From positions 14,173 through 78,172 of the forward strand of contig DYND01000003.1 in the NCBI GenBank assembly GCA_020721255.1: a stretch of 64,000 nt of DNA, read 5' to 3'. Positions 1 through 12,391 of this stretch are shown piece by piece. The notes beneath the pieces are model-generated. The model made no database searches. It was given only the letters and a program-made list of their open reading frames with translations, and was not told the DNA's origin. Source of the stretch: Chlorobium chlorochromatii. Its GTDB lineage: Bacteria > Bacteroidota > Chlorobiia > Chlorobiales > Chlorobiaceae. How positions within the stretch are numbered: the first letter of the stretch is position 1; each line of letters begins with the position of its first letter. The position numbers were made by a program, and so were the translations under genes.

Positions 1-274
1 CTTTCTCCGCTTTTCCACCGCCGGCATGACCTCTAAATGATCTTGTTGGCGCAAACTCACCAAACTTATGACCAACCATGTTATCTCCAACATAGACAGG
101 TACATGGTTTTTTCCATTATGAACAGCTACCGTATGACCTACAAAATCAGGAGAAATCATTGAACTTCTTGACCAAGTCTTTATAACTTTTTTTTCTCCC
201 TTGCTATTCATATCAAGGACCCGCTTTTCCAGTTTTATATCAATGAACGGTCCCTTTTTAAGCGATCTTGGCAT
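1..274 (-). CDS. rpsS: 30S ribosomal protein S19 (3' end runs off the window)
   Basis: Manual translation from ATG at 274: [11 protein letters not shown]...[24 protein letters not shown]...[13 protein letters not shown]; follows rplB. Confidence 0.97.
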   Translation of the reverse strand, partial: MPRSLKKGPFIDIKLEKRVLDMNSKGEKKVIKTWSRSSMISPDFVGHTVAVHNGKNHVPVYVGDNMVGHKFGEFAPTRSFRGHAGGGKAEK

Positions 275-294
275 AATATCTCTGGTTGTTATAA

Positions 295-1134
295 TTATTT
301 GGCGTTTCTGCCACGTACTATCAATTTTTGTGATGCTTTCTTTTTATTCCTGGTTTTTTGACCTTTAGCAAGTTGACCCCATGGAGACATAGGATGTTTG
401 CGTCCACCACCAGATTTTGACTTACCTTCACCACCACCCATAGGATGATCAACGGGGTTCATTGCCATACCTCTTGTTTGAGGGCGAATACCTAACCACC
501 GAGTTCTTCCTGCTTTTCCTAAAACGACGTTTTCATGATCACTATTACCAACCACACCAATAGTGGCTCGGCATTCAACTCTAAGTTTCCGAATTTCACC
601 GGAAGGTAGCTTGAGTGTTACATAATCTCCTTCACGCGCAGCCAGAACAGCAAAACCACCAGCAGACCTTACTATCTGACCACCCTTACCAGCCTTCATC
701 TCAATATTATGAATATCAGTACCAAGTGGGATATTTTTCATAGGCATGGTATTACCCACTTTTATTTCAACCTTATCGCCACTTTCAACCTTATCGCCTA
801 CAGTCAAACCTTTAGGGGCGAGAATATAACGTTTTTCTCCATCATTGTAATGCAATAAAGCAATTCTTGATGACCGATTTGGATCATATTCAATAGCTGC
901 AACTACCGCAGGAACACCATCTTTATTGCGCTTGAAATCAATAATTCTGTAATGTCTTTTATGACCTCCCCCTCTATGTCTCGATGTTTTTCTACCAGCA
1001 CTGTTTCTGCCACCAGATTTACTTAAAGACACAAGTAAGCCTTTTTCAGGCTTGCTTTTCGTAATTTCATCGAATGCAGGGTATGACATAAACCTTGACC
1101 CTGGCGTAACCGGCGCTAATTTCCTTATAGCCAT
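295..1134 (-). CDS. rplB: 50S ribosomal protein L2
   Basis: IEYDPNRS and [17 protein letters not shown] motifs; S10 operon order. Confidence 0.99.
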   Translation of the reverse strand: MAIRKLAPVTPGSRFMSYPAFDEITKSKPEKGLLVSLSKSGGRNSAGRKTSRHRGGGHKRHYRIIDFKRNKDGVPAVVAAIEYDPNRSSRIALLHYNDGEKRYILAPKGLTVGDKVESGDKVEIKVGNTMPMKNIPLGTDIHNIEMKAGKGGQIVRSAGGFAVLAAREGDYVTLKLPSGEIRKLRVECRATIGVVGNSDHENVVLGKAGRTRWLGIRPQTRGMAMNPVDHPMGGGEGKSKSGGGRKHPMSPWGQLAKGQKTRNKKKASQKLIVRGRNAK

Positions 1135-1165
1135 TTGAATGTATAATCTATCCTTTTTATAATTT

Positions 1166-1477
1166 CTATCCTTCGCTCTGTTTGACAGTACCTGAGTAAT
1201 AATCTATAGAGTGACCTTTTTCAAGAGTAATAATTGCTTTTTTCCAATCACTCTTTTTACCATAAATCCTGCCCTTTCTAGTATTTTGTGCACGAGATTT
1301 ACCAAGGCAATTTACAGTCCTCACAGACTTTACATCTACACCAAATTTTTTCTGAACAGCCTGCTTAATATCAGTTTTATCAGCATCAGCCTTAACTACA
1401 AAAACATACTGTCCTTTTTTCTCTGTTAATCCAGTACTTTTTTCTGTTAACAAAGGGCGCAGCAACGGGTTTATCAT
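1166..1477 (-). CDS. rplW: 50S ribosomal protein L23
   Basis: PLLTEKS...DWKKAIITL; between rplD and rplB. Confidence 0.98.
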   Translation of the reverse strand: MINPLLRPLLTEKSTGLTEKKGQYVFVVKADADKTDIKQAVQKKFGVDVKSVRTVNCLGKSRAQNTRKGRIYGKKSDWKKAIITLEKGHSIDYYSGTVKQSEG

Positions 1478-1509
1478 TTTAAGAACTCCTTTTTCTGTAA
1501 CACTGAAAA

Positions 1510-2136
1510 TTACCCTAATGTATCTTCTATTTTTTTCAATGCCGCCTTTTGAACAAGCACTGTATGACTATGAAGAATATCATAAGTCGATGCTTTTTCC
1601 GCACTCATAATATTCAAGACTTTGATATTTCTACCTGACCTTGTAATAACCATATCATGCCCAGAGGTTAACATTAGTGTTTTTTTCTGAGCCAGACCGA
1701 GATTTTTTAAGATCTCAGCAACAGGTTTTGTCTTAATCATCTCAAATTTAAAATCCTCAACAACAATAATATTACCTGCTTGCGCTTTAGAACTTAATGC
1801 AGAGCGTCTCGCAAGAAGCTTCACTTTCTTATTTACTTTTTGATCATAAGAATGAGGAACTGGTCCAAAAATAGTACCACCACCAACATGTAACGGTGAA
1901 CGAGTAGATCCTTGGCGTGCATTACCTGTCCCTTTTTGGCGAAATGGTTTTTTTCCTCCACCACTCACTTCTCCACGGGTTTTTGCTTTATGTGTTCCTT
2001 GTCTTCTGTTAGCGAGAATCGATTTAACGTCGAGATACATCGCATGTTCAGATATTTCTGCGCCGAATATATCGTCACTAAGCGTTACCACTTCTCCAGT
2101 TTCAATACCGGCAGTATTTAATACTTTAACTTCCAT
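1510..2136 (-). CDS. rplD: 50S ribosomal protein L4
   Basis: [33 protein letters not shown] motif. Confidence 0.99.
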   Translation of the reverse strand: MEVKVLNTAGIETGEVVTLSDDIFGAEISEHAMYLDVKSILANRRQGTHKAKTRGEVSGGGKKPFRQKGTGNARQGSTRSPLHVGGGTIFGPVPHSYDQKVNKKVKLLARRSALSSKAQAGNIIVVEDFKFEMIKTKPVAEILKNLGLAQKKTLMLTSGHDMVITRSGRNIKVLNIMSAEKASTYDILHSHTVLVQKAALKKIEDTLG

Positions 2137-2155
2137 AGCTTCGCGTATTCAGCAT

Positions 2156-2785
2156 TTACTTTTTTGTAGAAACGATCTTAACATAAGCATTCTTTGGCCC
2201 CGGAACAGACCCTTTGATAACAATAAGATTAGATTCTGGCATAATTTTAAAGATTTCCAGATTTCTTACTGTGACATTATCAGATCCCATACGCCCCGCC
2301 ATTCTGGTTCCTTTAAACACTCTCGAGGGATCAGATGATCCACCCACTGACCCAGGTGCTCTCTGCCTATCGGACTGACCATGTGTTCTTTGAGCGCCTC
2401 TAAAATTATGACGCTTCATAACACCAGCAAATCCTTTACCTTTTGAAACACCAAGAACATTTACTTTCTCACCTTCCTTAAACAACTCAACACTTACAAG
2501 ACTACCAAGCTCCATAGGCTGACCGATCTCAGAAAAATTGAATTCAGCAAGCTTATACCCTGGCGTAACACCAGCCTTTTTATAGTGTCCTTGCAAGGGC
2601 TTATTGACCTTATTCTCTTTTCTCTCACCAATACCAAGTTGGTAAGCATCGTAACCCTCTTTATCTGAACGTTTAACCTGTGTTACAAAGCAAGAACCTG
2701 CATCAATAATAGTGCAGGAGACTGCCTCGCGTTTCTCATTGAATAAACGGGTCATGCCGATTTTTTTCCCAAGAATCGCACCCAT
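2156..2785 (-). CDS. rplC: 50S ribosomal protein L3
   Basis: [29 protein letters not shown] motifs. Confidence 0.99.
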   Translation of the reverse strand: MGAILGKKIGMTRLFNEKREAVSCTIIDAGSCFVTQVKRSDKEGYDAYQLGIGERKENKVNKPLQGHYKKAGVTPGYKLAEFNFSEIGQPMELGSLVSVELFKEGEKVNVLGVSKGKGFAGVMKRHNFRGAQRTHGQSDRQRAPGSVGGSSDPSRVFKGTRMAGRMGSDNVTVRNLEIFKIMPESNLIVIKGSVPGPKNAYVKIVSTKK

Positions 2786-2808
2786 ATAAGATTACCTTTT
2801 CTAATTCT

Positions 2809-3120
2809 TTAAGACTTAATTTCAACATCAACACCACTTGGAAGCTCAAGCTTCATCAACATATCAATGGTTCTGGATGTCGGATTTATTATTTCAATCA
2901 ACCTTTTATGTGAGGAAAAAGAAAACTGCTCACGCGACTTTTTATCAACATGTGGAGACCGGTTAACGGTATAAACATGTGATTTCGTTGGCAGCGGTAT
3001 TGGACCAAAGATAATAGCATCTGTTTGTTTAACTACATCAATAATCCTTAAAGCCCATTTATCAACCAGGCTATGGTCATAAGATTTGAGCTTGATTCTT
3101 ATCTTTTGCTGTACAGCCAC
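2809..3120 (-). CDS. rpsJ: 30S ribosomal protein S10 (GTG start)
   Basis: [31 protein letters not shown]. Confidence 0.99.
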   Translation of the reverse strand: MAVQQKIRIKLKSYDHSLVDKWALRIIDVVKQTDAIIFGPIPLPTKSHVYTVNRSPHVDKKSREQFSFSSHKRLIEIINPTSRTIDMLMKLELPSGVDVEIKS

Positions 3121-3146
3121 TTGTCAACCCTGTTTCGTGTTATCAT

Positions 3147-3177
3147 AAAAAAAGGAGCGAGATTTTGAACTCGCCCC
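3147..3177 (-). terminator. Intrinsic terminator after tuf, before rpsJ
   Basis: Minus strand GGGGCGAG-loop-CTCGCTCC (one G-U pair) followed by T7. Confidence 0.7.
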
Positions 3178-3197
3178 CGTAGACGCCATACAATTTC

Positions 3198-4379
3198 TTA
3201 CTCGATAATATTGGTAACAGAACCTGCACCAACAGTACGACCACCTTCGCGAATAGCAAAACGAAGACCTTCATCCATTGCAATAGGAGCAAGCAACTCA
3301 ACCTCAACAGCAAGGTTGTCACCTGGCATAACCATTTCAACACCTTCTGGAAGTGTTACAGAACCCGTAACATCGGTAGTACGGAAATAAAACTGTGGAC
3401 GATATCCATTAAAAAATGGCGTGTGACGACCACCCTCTTCTTTTTTAAGAATATAAACCTCAGCTTTAAATTTGGTATGTGGTTTAATGGTACCAGGCTT
3501 AGCAATAACCATACCACGCTCAAGCTCAGTTTTATCAACACCTCTAAGAAGAAGACCAGCATTATCACCAGCCTGTCCCTCTTCAAGAAGTTTTTGGAAC
3601 ATTTCAATACCAGTCACAACAGATTTACGCGTTGGTTTCAAGCCGACAATTTCAACCTCTTCGTTGATTTTGATGCGACCTCTTTCAATTCTACCAGTTC
3701 CAACCGTTCCACGACCTGAAATAGAAAATACATCTTCAACAGGCATCAAGAATGGTTTATCTACATCGCGTACTGGATCAGGAATAAATGAGTCCACTGC
3801 TTCCATAAGCTCAAGAATAGCTTTTTCGCCTTCGGCATCACCTTCAAGGGCTTTCAGTGCAGAACCTTTAATAATCGGAATATCATCACCAGGGAAGTTG
3901 TACTGAGTTAAAAGTTCTCTCAACTCAAGCTCAACCAACTCAATTAATTCAGGATCAGCAATATCAACCTTATTCAAAAAAACAACAAGTGAAGGAACGT
4001 TCACCTGACGGGCAAGCAGAATATGCTCGCGAGTCTGAGGCATAGGACCATCTGTACCAGCAACAACGAGAATAGCACCATCCATCTGAGCGGCACCAGT
4101 AATCATGTTTTTAATATAGTCAGCATGACCTGGGCAATCAATATGTGCATAATGACGCTTTTGCGTCTGATACTCTACATGTGCAGTAGAGATTGTAATA
4201 CCACGTTCTCTCTCTTCTGGAGCCTTATCAATGCTACCAAAATCACGCTGTGTCGCAAGTCCCTGCTTTGAAAGCACAGAAGTAATTGCTGCTGTTAACG
4301 TTGTCTTACCATGGTCAACATGGCCAATAGTTCCTATATTGACATGGGGTTTATCCCTTTTGTACGACTCTTTTGCCAT
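3198..4379 (-). CDS. tuf: Elongation factor Tu
   Basis: [21 protein letters not shown] motifs; 393 aa. Confidence 0.99.
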   Translation of the reverse strand: MAKESYKRDKPHVNIGTIGHVDHGKTTLTAAITSVLSKQGLATQRDFGSIDKAPEERERGITISTAHVEYQTQKRHYAHIDCPGHADYIKNMITGAAQMDGAILVVAGTDGPMPQTREHILLARQVNVPSLVVFLNKVDIADPELIELVELELRELLTQYNFPGDDIPIIKGSALKALEGDAEGEKAILELMEAVDSFIPDPVRDVDKPFLMPVEDVFSISGRGTVGTGRIERGRIKINEEVEIVGLKPTRKSVVTGIEMFQKLLEEGQAGDNAGLLLRGVDKTELERGMVIAKPGTIKPHTKFKAEVYILKKEEGGRHTPFFNGYRPQFYFRTTDVTGSVTLPEGVEMVMPGDNLAVEVELLAPIAMDEGLRFAIREGGRTVGAGSVTNIIE

Positions 4380-4444
4380 AACTTCTCTCCGTGTCGGTTA
4401 TCTGTTATTATTTGTAAGTAAAACTAATAGCGCAATGATACTAT

Positions 4445-6559
4445 CTATTCAGAATCTTTGCTTACTCTCTTTTCCTGTAAGGCCTCTGCAATATTACGAG
4501 GAACCTCACGATAGCAATCAAACTCCATCGAATAATTTGCACGTCCCTGACTCATCGAACGAAGATCTGTTGAGTAGCCAAACATAGCTGAAAGCGGTAC
4601 TTTTGCATTAACAAACTGAGCACCGGCTCTCTGACCCATACCTTCAATATGACCACGACGGCTTGAAAGATCTCCCATAACATCACCCAGATACTCTTCT
4701 GGAGTCACAACTTCAACCTTCATAATAGGTTCTAGCAAAACAGGATCTGCTTTTCTTGCAGCTCCTTTAAAACCAATGGAACCAGCAATTTTAAAGGCCA
4801 TTTCTGAAGAATCGACCTCGTGATATTTACCATCATAAAGCGTAACTTTAACATCCTGCATTGGGAAACCAGCTACAACACCACCTTTCATTGCTTCCTG
4901 GATACCCGCATTAACAGCAGGAATATATTCCCTAGGAATAACCCCGCCCTTAACAGCATCAACAAACTCATATCCTTTCCCCTCTTCAAGAGGCTCAACC
5001 TTAATATTGACCAATCCAAACTGACCTTTACCACCGGATTGACGAACAAACTTACCTTCAAAATCAACAGATTTTCTTATTGTTTCACGATAAGCAACCT
5101 GCGGCTTACCAACATTAGCCTCTACTTTAAATTCGCGCTTAAGTCGATCAACAAGAATCTCAAGATGAAGTTCACCCATCCCAGCAATTAACGTCTGACC
5201 AGTTTCATCATCAGTCTTAACTTTAAAAGTAGGATCCTCTTCTGCAAGTTTTGCAAGCGACATACCAAGACGATCTGAATCACTTTTAGTCTTAGGCTCA
5301 ATTGCAATTTCAATAACCGGCTCAGGGAAAATCATTTTCTCAAGAACCACTGGACTATTCTCATCACAAAGTGTATCACCAGTACGCACATCCTTTAAGC
5401 CCACAGCAGCAGCTATATCGCCACAATAAACACTATCGATATCCTCCCGCTTATTTGAGTGCATCTGCAAAACACGCCCTATACGCTCTTTCTTACCACT
5501 TATAGTATTGAGCACATAGCTGCCAGCTTTCAGAACACCAGAATAAACTCTGAAAAACGTTAATTTTCCAACAAAAGGATCCGTAGCAATTTTAAAGGCA
5601 AGAGCAGCAAATGGTTCTTCATCTTTTGGCTGACGAACAACTGGTTCATCAGTACGAGGATGATGACCTTCAACCGAACCCACATCAACAGGCGATGCCA
5701 GATACTCAACAACAGCATCAAGCATAAACTGCACACCCTTATTTTTAAACGAAGAACCACAAAGAACAGGAATAATAGTCACTCTCAATGTCGCCTGACG
5801 CAACACATTACGAACCTCTTCCTCTGTAATCTCTTCACCATTCAAGTATTTCTCAAGCAAAGTATCATCATGCTCAGAAACTGCCTCAAGCATATTAATA
5901 CGCCAAGTACGAGCTTCATTTTGCAAATCATGTGGAATATCTACCTCTTCATAGGTACTACCATCTTCTTTATCATAAATAATACCTTTCATGCGGATAA
6001 GATCAACAAAACCCGCAAAAATCTCACCTTCACCAATAGGAATTTGCAGTGGGACAGGATTTGCACCTAATCTCTCTCTAATCGCTTTTACTGTTTCAAA
6101 AAAGTTAGCACCAGTCCTATCCATTTTATTGATATAGGCAATTCTTGGCACACCATACTTATTTGCCTGACGCCAAACTGTTTCTGACTGCGGCTCAACC
6201 CCACCAACCGCACAAAAAAGTGCAACTGCACCATCAAGAACACGCAACGAACGCTCTACCTCAACGGTAAAGTCAACGTGACCTGGAGTATCAATAATAT
6301 TAATCCTATGATATACTCCCTTGTAATTACCAAATTTCGGAGTCCAAAAACAGGTTGTAGCTGCAGAAGTAATCGTTATACCACGCTCTTTCTCCTGCTC
6401 CATCCAGTCCATAGTGGCACCACCATCATGAACCTCACCCATACGATGAAGACGACCAGTGTAATAAAGAATCCTCTCTGTTGTTGTCGTCTTACCAGCA
6501 TCAATATGAGCCATGATGCCTATATTGCGCACTTTATCTAAATCAACCAGCCTTGCCAT
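4445..6559 (-). CDS. fusA: Elongation factor G
   Basis: [21 protein letters not shown]; 704 aa; str operon position. Confidence 0.99.
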   Translation of the reverse strand: MARLVDLDKVRNIGIMAHIDAGKTTTTERILYYTGRLHRMGEVHDGGATMDWMEQEKERGITITSAATTCFWTPKFGNYKGVYHRINIIDTPGHVDFTVEVERSLRVLDGAVALFCAVGGVEPQSETVWRQANKYGVPRIAYINKMDRTGANFFETVKAIRERLGANPVPLQIPIGEGEIFAGFVDLIRMKGIIYDKEDGSTYEEVDIPHDLQNEARTWRINMLEAVSEHDDTLLEKYLNGEEITEEEVRNVLRQATLRVTIIPVLCGSSFKNKGVQFMLDAVVEYLASPVDVGSVEGHHPRTDEPVVRQPKDEEPFAALAFKIATDPFVGKLTFFRVYSGVLKAGSYVLNTISGKKERIGRVLQMHSNKREDIDSVYCGDIAAAVGLKDVRTGDTLCDENSPVVLEKMIFPEPVIEIAIEPKTKSDSDRLGMSLAKLAEEDPTFKVKTDDETGQTLIAGMGELHLEILVDRLKREFKVEANVGKPQVAYRETIRKSVDFEGKFVRQSGGKGQFGLVNIKVEPLEEGKGYEFVDAVKGGVIPREYIPAVNAGIQEAMKGGVVAGFPMQDVKVTLYDGKYHEVDSSEMAFKIAGSIGFKGAARKADPVLLEPIMKVEVVTPEEYLGDVMGDLSSRRGHIEGMGQRAGAQFVNAKVPLSAMFGYSTDLRSMSQGRANYSMEFDCYREVPRNIAEALQEKRVSKDSE

Positions 6560-6603
6560 AACAATACTTTAGACCTTTTTATTGTACTCTCTTTAGTAAA
6601 CCA

Positions 6604-7071
6604 TCAGAATCTGAAATGAGCAAACGCTTTGTTAGCATCTGCCATCCTGTGAACTTCATCACGCTTTTTTACAGAAGCACCCTGCTCATTAGCAGCATCC
6701 ATCAATTCAGCAGCAAGCTTCTCAGCCATAGACTTTCCACCGCGTCGAGCAGCATACAACTTAAGCCAGCGAAAAGCAAGAGCACCACGACGAGACGCCT
6801 TAACTTCCATAGGAATCTGATATGTCGCGCCTCCAACCCTCTTACTGCGAACCTCAACAACAGGCGCAATGTTTGACATGGCCTTACGATACACTTCGAG
6901 AGGATCCTCAGTATTCATTTTTTCAGCAATGATAGAAAAAGCATCATAAACTATTTTTGTCGCCACTGCTTTTTTACCATCAAGCATTACCGCATTAATA
7001 AATCGAGCAACGCTTTCGTCATTATAACGAAGATCAACACCTATTCTCTTATAGCCAGCTTTTTTAGACAT
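6604..7071 (-). CDS. rpsG: 30S ribosomal protein S7
   Basis: [25 protein letters not shown]. Confidence 0.99.
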   Translation of the reverse strand: MSKKAGYKRIGVDLRYNDESVARFINAVMLDGKKAVATKIVYDAFSIIAEKMNTEDPLEVYRKAMSNIAPVVEVRSKRVGGATYQIPMEVKASRRGALAFRWLKLYAARRGGKSMAEKLAAELMDAANEQGASVKKRDEVHRMADANKAFAHFRF

Positions 7072-7101
7072 ACTGTTTTACGAATTTATGATTCGACTGA
7101 T

Positions 7102-7512
7102 TTATCTCTTCCCTTTACCCTTCACAGGAGCTGCAACACCAGCTTTCGGCTGCTTCGCACCATACTTTGAACGACTCTGCTTACGATCAGCAACACCTGA
7201 CGTATCAAGCGAGCCACGCACAATGTGATAGCGAACACCAGGAAGATCCTTCACTCTTCCACCACGAATCAAAACAATTGAATGCTCCTGAAGATTATGA
7301 CCTTCACCTGGAATATATGCTGTAACCTCAATCTTATTCGATAACCTTACACGCGCAACTTTCCGCAACGCTGAGTTAGGTTTTTTAGGTGTGGTTGTAT
7401 AAACACGCGTACAAACCCCACGCTTCTGCGGGCACTTTTCAAGCGCCGGTGACGCCGTTTTTGACACCTTTACACTTCTTCCGAGCCTGATAAGCTGCTG
7501 AATCGTCGGCAT
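7102..7512 (-). CDS. rpsL: 30S ribosomal protein S12
   Basis: [29 protein letters not shown]. Confidence 0.99.
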   Translation of the reverse strand: MPTIQQLIRLGRSVKVSKTASPALEKCPQKRGVCTRVYTTTPKKPNSALRKVARVRLSNKIEVTAYIPGEGHNLQEHSIVLIRGGRVKDLPGVRYHIVRGSLDTSGVADRKQSRSKYGAKQPKAGVAAPVKGKGKR

Positions 7513-7684
7513 ACTGAAACTCTCTTTCTTTTTAAAACCCTCTGATTACTAAAAACTCGAATACAAAAAATTCATAAGGACTGTCAATGTAAGCGAATTA
7601 CAGAAAAAAACAAACACGGAAATGTTTATTTCTTCTCAATCCATCATAATTTTATTTCTTGATTTGTACACAGGGTTTGAGTAC

Positions 7685-7728
7685 AAAAAAAAGACAGTGA
7701 AGAGAAGAATATAATCTCTTCACTGTCT
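7685..7728 (-). terminator. Strong intrinsic terminator (macB operon or candidate sRNA)
   Basis: 14-bp perfect inverted repeat AGACAGTGAAGAGA/TCTCTTCACTGTCT followed by T8 on the minus strand. Confidence 0.85.
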
Positions 7729-7855
7729 AACTCAACAACCTGCCTGATCTCTTTCACTTCAACCAATCGTCATCGTGTAAGCACTCTATCATCATCACAT
7801 CATCAATCGGACCTGTTGTTGACGGTGTATGGTTACTACGCAACCACCCATCATT
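7685..7855 (-). ncRNA. Candidate structured small RNA or 3' UTR element (two stems plus terminator)
   Basis: Minus-strand stem UGGUUGC/GUAACCA (7830-7846), stem UCAACAAC/GUUGUUGA (7815-7822 with 7732-7739), then the terminator; no credible ORF. Confidence 0.3.
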
Positions 7856-7914
7856 ATTTAAGACGTGCTTTTCTAAAAAAGCTTGCGCTGCAAAATGATT
7901 TTAGCGGTAAACGA

Positions 7915-9888
7915 TTATTCATGTCGTAATGCTTCAACTGGTTTCAGCTCTGCTGCTTTTCTTGCAGGCCATAGTCCAAAAAATACACCCGTCAAGACCG
8001 AAAAGGTCGTGGCAAGCACAACCGCAACCAGTGACGTTTTAACTGCCCATCCTGCAAATAATGACAGGATAAGAGAAATACCTATGCCAGTCAATACACC
8101 AATAAAGCCCCCGCTGATCGTCATTCCAACCGACTCTACAAGAAATTGCAGCATAATATCACTTTTGCGTGCACCAATAGCTTTCCGCAGTCCAATTTCA
8201 CGGGTTCGCTCCGTAACAGACACAAGCATGATATTCATAATGCCAATGCCCCCAACCAAGAGCGATATTGCAGCAATAGATCCCAACAGCAAGCTCATCG
8301 TTTGCGTGGTACTACTGAGCATCTTCTGAATTTCAGTCATATCTCGAATATTGAAGGAATCATCGCCACGTTTCAGTTTATGCTTCTGCCTGATCAGCTT
8401 AGAAATAGCCTCTTTTGCTTCACTCATCTGCGAGGCTTCACGAACTTCAACAAAAATGCCACTCAGATAATCGCGCCCGAGAAGACGATACATCGCCGTA
8501 GTCACTGGAATAATCACCACATCATCTTCATCCTGTGGTCCTGAAAAACCTTTAGCAGGCGCAACACCAATCACATTAAAATTGATACGGTTTATCTTGA
8601 TAGTTTTGCCGATGGGATTACTGTTTCCAAAAAGCTCTTTAACAACCGTAACACCAATAATAGCTGATTTTTCTCGTCGCTGAATCTCTTCACTGGCAAA
8701 CCATCGCCCTATTGAAGGAAGAACAGCTCGCATAGTACCATAGTCGTAGCTCACACCCAGCACCGATGAATTCCAGTTATTGTTTCCATAAACAATTTGT
8801 CCACTACCGTTAACAACACCAGCAGCATTTTTGACTAATGGGCGAAGCTTTGCAAGAGCATCAACATCTGCAAAAGTAAGACGTGTAACAGCTCCTGCGC
8901 CCTGTGCTGCACCTCGAATTTTTGCTGATCCTCCACGGATGGAGAGCATATTTGAGCCCATTGATTTCAGTTGCTCCTGCATTGCAGCTTTTGCGCCTTC
9001 ACCAAGCGCCATCATGGCAATTACAGAAGCAACACCAACAAGAATACCAAGCATAGAGAGGAGTGACCGCATTTTATTCGCCAGAATAGACTGAAAAGCC
9101 TGTGCCATAAACCCAGCAAAACGGCCATCACGCCACACAGATGCTGGGGAAAATAACTGCGGCTCCATAGTGATCGTTGAATCCTGAACCAGCAGTGTGC
9201 GAACATCAATCTTTCGCTCATCAGTCACAATCACTCCGTCACACATAGTAAGCACCCGATCAGCATAAGCAGCAATATCGGGTTCATGGGTCACCATAAT
9301 GATGGTTTTCCCTTCATCATGCAACCCTTTGAGAATCTTCATGATCTCTCTTGAATTTTTGGTATCCAGGTTACCTGTCGGCTCATCGGCAAAAATGATC
9401 ATGGGGTCTCGAATGAGCGCTCGCGCAATTGCTACACGCTGCTGCTCACCACCAGAAAGCTGGCTGGGAGTATGATCCATACGCTTGTCAAGCCCAACTT
9501 GGGCAAGACGCTTCATCGCCTCTTGACGAAAATCTCCCTTTAATCCGCTGTAAATATGTGGCAGGCGCACATTATCAACAATGCTCATGCGCTTCAGGAG
9601 GTGAAACTGCTGAAACACAAAGCCCGCCAAATGGTTCCGCAATCCAGCCTGCTCATCCTCCGAAAGTATGTTGACATCCTTGCCAAGTATGCGATACTCG
9701 CCCTTATCAGGATTGTCAAGCAATCCAAGAATGTGCAGGAGCGATGATTTGCCCGACCCTGATGAACCCATAATGGCAATAAACTCACCCTGCTCAACAG
9801 TGAGCGAAACTCCACGCAATGCCTGCACCGTGCTTTCACCAATACGGTATGTCCGATGAACATCAACAAGTTCAAGCATTGGCTTCAT
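7915..9888 (-). CDS. macB: MacB-family ABC transporter (fused ATPase and permease)
   Basis: GSSGSGKS Walker [44 protein letters not shown]. Confidence 0.93.
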   Translation of the reverse strand: MKPMLELVDVHRTYRIGESTVQALRGVSLTVEQGEFIAIMGSSGSGKSSLLHILGLLDNPDKGEYRILGKDVNILSEDEQAGLRNHLAGFVFQQFHLLKRMSIVDNVRLPHIYSGLKGDFRQEAMKRLAQVGLDKRMDHTPSQLSGGEQQRVAIARALIRDPMIIFADEPTGNLDTKNSREIMKILKGLHDEGKTIIMVTHEPDIAAYADRVLTMCDGVIVTDERKIDVRTLLVQDSTITMEPQLFSPASVWRDGRFAGFMAQAFQSILANKMRSLLSMLGILVGVASVIAMMALGEGAKAAMQEQLKSMGSNMLSIRGGSAKIRGAAQGAGAVTRLTFADVDALAKLRPLVKNAAGVVNGSGQIVYGNNNWNSSVLGVSYDYGTMRAVLPSIGRWFASEEIQRREKSAIIGVTVVKELFGNSNPIGKTIKINRINFNVIGVAPAKGFSGPQDEDDVVIIPVTTAMYRLLGRDYLSGIFVEVREASQMSEAKEAISKLIRQKHKLKRGDDSFNIRDMTEIQKMLSSTTQTMSLLLGSIAAISLLVGGIGIMNIMLVSVTERTREIGLRKAIGARKSDIMLQFLVESVGMTISGGFIGVLTGIGISLILSLFAGWAVKTSLVAVVLATTFSVLTGVFFGLWPARKAAELKPVEALRHE

Positions 9889-10853
9889 GGTTTCATCCGG
9901 CTACGCTGTGGCACAAAGGGATTAGCACCACCATTTTTCTTCGGAAGCACAAAGGTGGTATCGGGAAGTAACACCACATCACTATCCCGCAACCCTTGGA
10001 GAATTTCGACATGCTGCTCATCCTGCAAACCCGTTTTCACCGCACTATATCGAACGCTCTGCTCCGCATCTCTACTCTTCAACAACACCACCATTTTGCC
10101 ATCCCGATTCTGCAATGCCGCAATCGGCAGAAGCAGCGTCTGGCGTTTTTCAGCAGCAACGATACTGATATTGGCACTCATACCGGAGCGAAACACATCA
10201 GGAATACGCTCAGGAATAACATCGACATTATAAATATTCACGTTATTCTGCAGATGCGACTCAAAATAGATATGCTCAACCACTCCGTTCACCCGAATTT
10301 CGGGGTAAGCATCCAACCCGATAACAGCTTTCTGCCCCACTTTTACCCTGCCGATATCAGTTTCGTCAACGTAAGCTTTAACAATCAAGTGGTCAGAGAG
10401 CACAAAGAGTGAATCACTGGCCATCACTGCCTGACCAGGATCAATACTGCGCACAATGATTTGTCCGTCCAGAGGTGCAATGATGGCAGTCTCCTTGTAA
10501 ACCGTTTTCCAGTAACTCTCCTCGCTCTTTCCCTGCAACCTTGCGGCATCAAGGAGTGCGGCCCGCTCGGTTGAGCTGAGTAGGGCAAGAACCTCTCCCT
10601 TCTTCACATGCTGCCCTTCAGCAACCAGAATCTCCTCAACCCTTCCCCCGATTGAAGATTGAATTTTAAGGCGATTCTTTGGCTCCACCACACCGGTTGT
10701 TGCCACAATTGAACTTATAGTGCCCCGTTCTGCACGAATTTCCAGATAACGTTGCTCATTGTTACTCTCTCCTCTGAACATGAAAAAAAACAGCAAGCCT
10801 GCAACAGCAACAGCAGCCACACTTCCCCACAACCACCTACTTTTCTTGAGCAT
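9885..10853 (-). CDS. MacA-family efflux periplasmic adaptor
   Basis: N-terminal anchor, lipoyl-like [35 protein letters not shown]; start chosen at MLKKSRW; overlaps macB start. Confidence 0.9.
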   Translation of the reverse strand: MLKKSRWLWGSVAAVAVAGLLFFFMFRGESNNEQRYLEIRAERGTISSIVATTGVVEPKNRLKIQSSIGGRVEEILVAEGQHVKKGEVLALLSSTERAALLDAARLQGKSEESYWKTVYKETAIIAPLDGQIIVRSIDPGQAVMASDSLFVLSDHLIVKAYVDETDIGRVKVGQKAVIGLDAYPEIRVNGVVEHIYFESHLQNNVNIYNVDVIPERIPDVFRSGMSANISIVAAEKRQTLLLPIAALQNRDGKMVVLLKSRDAEQSVRYSAVKTGLQDEQHVEILQGLRDSDVVLLPDTTFVLPKKNGGANPFVPQRSRMKP

Positions 10854-12105
10854 CAAGCCCTCCTCCTTTTGACTGAATCCATTGAGCCTCGGCAATCAAC
10901 ATAGCTGCTCCAGCATTAAGAAACTCCTTTTTTGCACTCACAAGATTATCTTCAATCATCACCCAATCATTAAAAGAGATAAGCCCATTAGAATATTGCG
11001 CAGTAGCAATTGTGGCCCGTTCAACGGCAGCATCAAGAAATTTCTCGCGCACAACAATCTGTTGACGAGTATCTTGAAGATTTTTCCAACGCTCTTCAAG
11101 CTCACGAACAAGCTGAAGATAAGAACTCTTCTCCCGGGCTTTCTGCTCATTAAGCGCCGCCTTTGCTTTAGCAACTTTCGCGTTTCCACTGCCACCTTCA
11201 TAAATCGGCATAGTAAGCGTAACGCCAGCACTCCAATTGAGTGGATCAACAGTAAAGCGATCGAGAGAATTTCCACCAACAGATGAGGAAAGTGATAGCT
11301 GAGGAGAAAACGCTGATTGCGCAACATCCACATTGTACTGTGCCGCCTTGGTTTGGGTACTGAGTTGCTGAACAAGCGGATGCCGCTTCGTCAGAAACGT
11401 CATATCTGGCTTACGAGGAAGGAGATTGTTGAGAGTGAATTTCCCCTGCACGTTCAATGGCTGACGACTATCACGACCGAGCACCAGAGCAAGAGCTGTT
11501 TGTGCAAACTGAAGAGCTCTCTCCGCTTGAGCCACATCAAACTGCGCTTGAGCCACATCAGCCTCCGCCTGACGCAACGACCCAATATTTTCTCGCCCTC
11601 CTTGATAACGAAGGTTTATTAATCGCGCATTCTTCCGGCGACGTTCCGCAATCTCTGCCGTCAGCCCAACGAGATGTTGCGCTTTGAGTAAATCCGTAAA
11701 AGCAGAACGCAAAGCAAACCGAAGATTGGCAGATACATATTGATAATTATACTGAGCCGCCTTAATCATCTCTTTATTACTATCAATTTGACGCATCGTT
11801 TTGCGTCCATCATAAAGCAGTTGCTGTGCCGACAATGCCGTCGAAAAAAGCGATGAAGATGCACTGCCCGAAATTCCGCGTTCCTGCACATTAGCCGCAA
11901 AACTCAACTGCGGACGACCGGCACCAACAGCAACCAGCTTATCCGCCTCCGCCTGCTGCAAAAGCGCAAGAGCCGAAGAGAGATCGGGATGCGCCACCTT
12001 CGTCTCCTTCACGCACTGCTCCCACGTCAACCGCTCCACTCCAAAAAGCGATGACGTGGCAACAAAGAAAAACAGCGCCACAATAACCAACCATCGTAAT
12101 TTCAT
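10837..12105 (-). CDS. TolC-family outer membrane efflux protein
   Basis: Signal peptide MKLRWLVIVALFF..., repeated OEP helical segments, PIYEGG; upstream of macA/macB. Confidence 0.88.
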   Translation of the reverse strand: MKLRWLVIVALFFFVATSSLFGVERLTWEQCVKETKVAHPDLSSALALLQQAEADKLVAVGAGRPQLSFAANVQERGISGSASSSLFSTALSAQQLLYDGRKTMRQIDSNKEMIKAAQYNYQYVSANLRFALRSAFTDLLKAQHLVGLTAEIAERRRKNARLINLRYQGGRENIGSLRQAEADVAQAQFDVAQAERALQFAQTALALVLGRDSRQPLNVQGKFTLNNLLPRKPDMTFLTKRHPLVQQLSTQTKAAQYNVDVAQSAFSPQLSLSSSVGGNSLDRFTVDPLNWSAGVTLTMPIYEGGSGNAKVAKAKAALNEQKAREKSSYLQLVRELEERWKNLQDTRQQIVVREKFLDAAVERATIATAQYSNGLISFNDWVMIEDNLVSAKKEFLNAGAAMLIAEAQWIQSKGGGLDAQEK

Positions 12106-12391
12106 AATCACCCTACACTTTGCATTACAAACTTTATCTTTTTTGACGATTACCAACCGAAAACCTTGCAGAAAAAAACATTTATAATTTTATCACCACA
12201 GTAACCACACTCAAGTCTCTCAAAATCATGAATACGAATAGCTTATCGAAATGGCAAAACAATGACAATACAGATACACGCTTTGCAACATCAACATCAA
12301 GAAACGTGCAGCTTTGTTGAAATATTGTATTTTGAGCGATTATTACCATTCAATTAAACTATAGCTGATTCTTTTCACTACTTTTTTTCTC

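Noticed and set aside
7102-7512. Streptomycin-resistance alleles in rpsL
   Set aside because: Both key lysines are wild type (PKKPNS, RVKDLPG).
12228-12320. Short ORF (MNTNSLSKWQ...) upstream of the ABC-F gene as a possible leader peptide
   Set aside because: No clear RBS, attenuator hairpin or stalling motif; compatible with chance.
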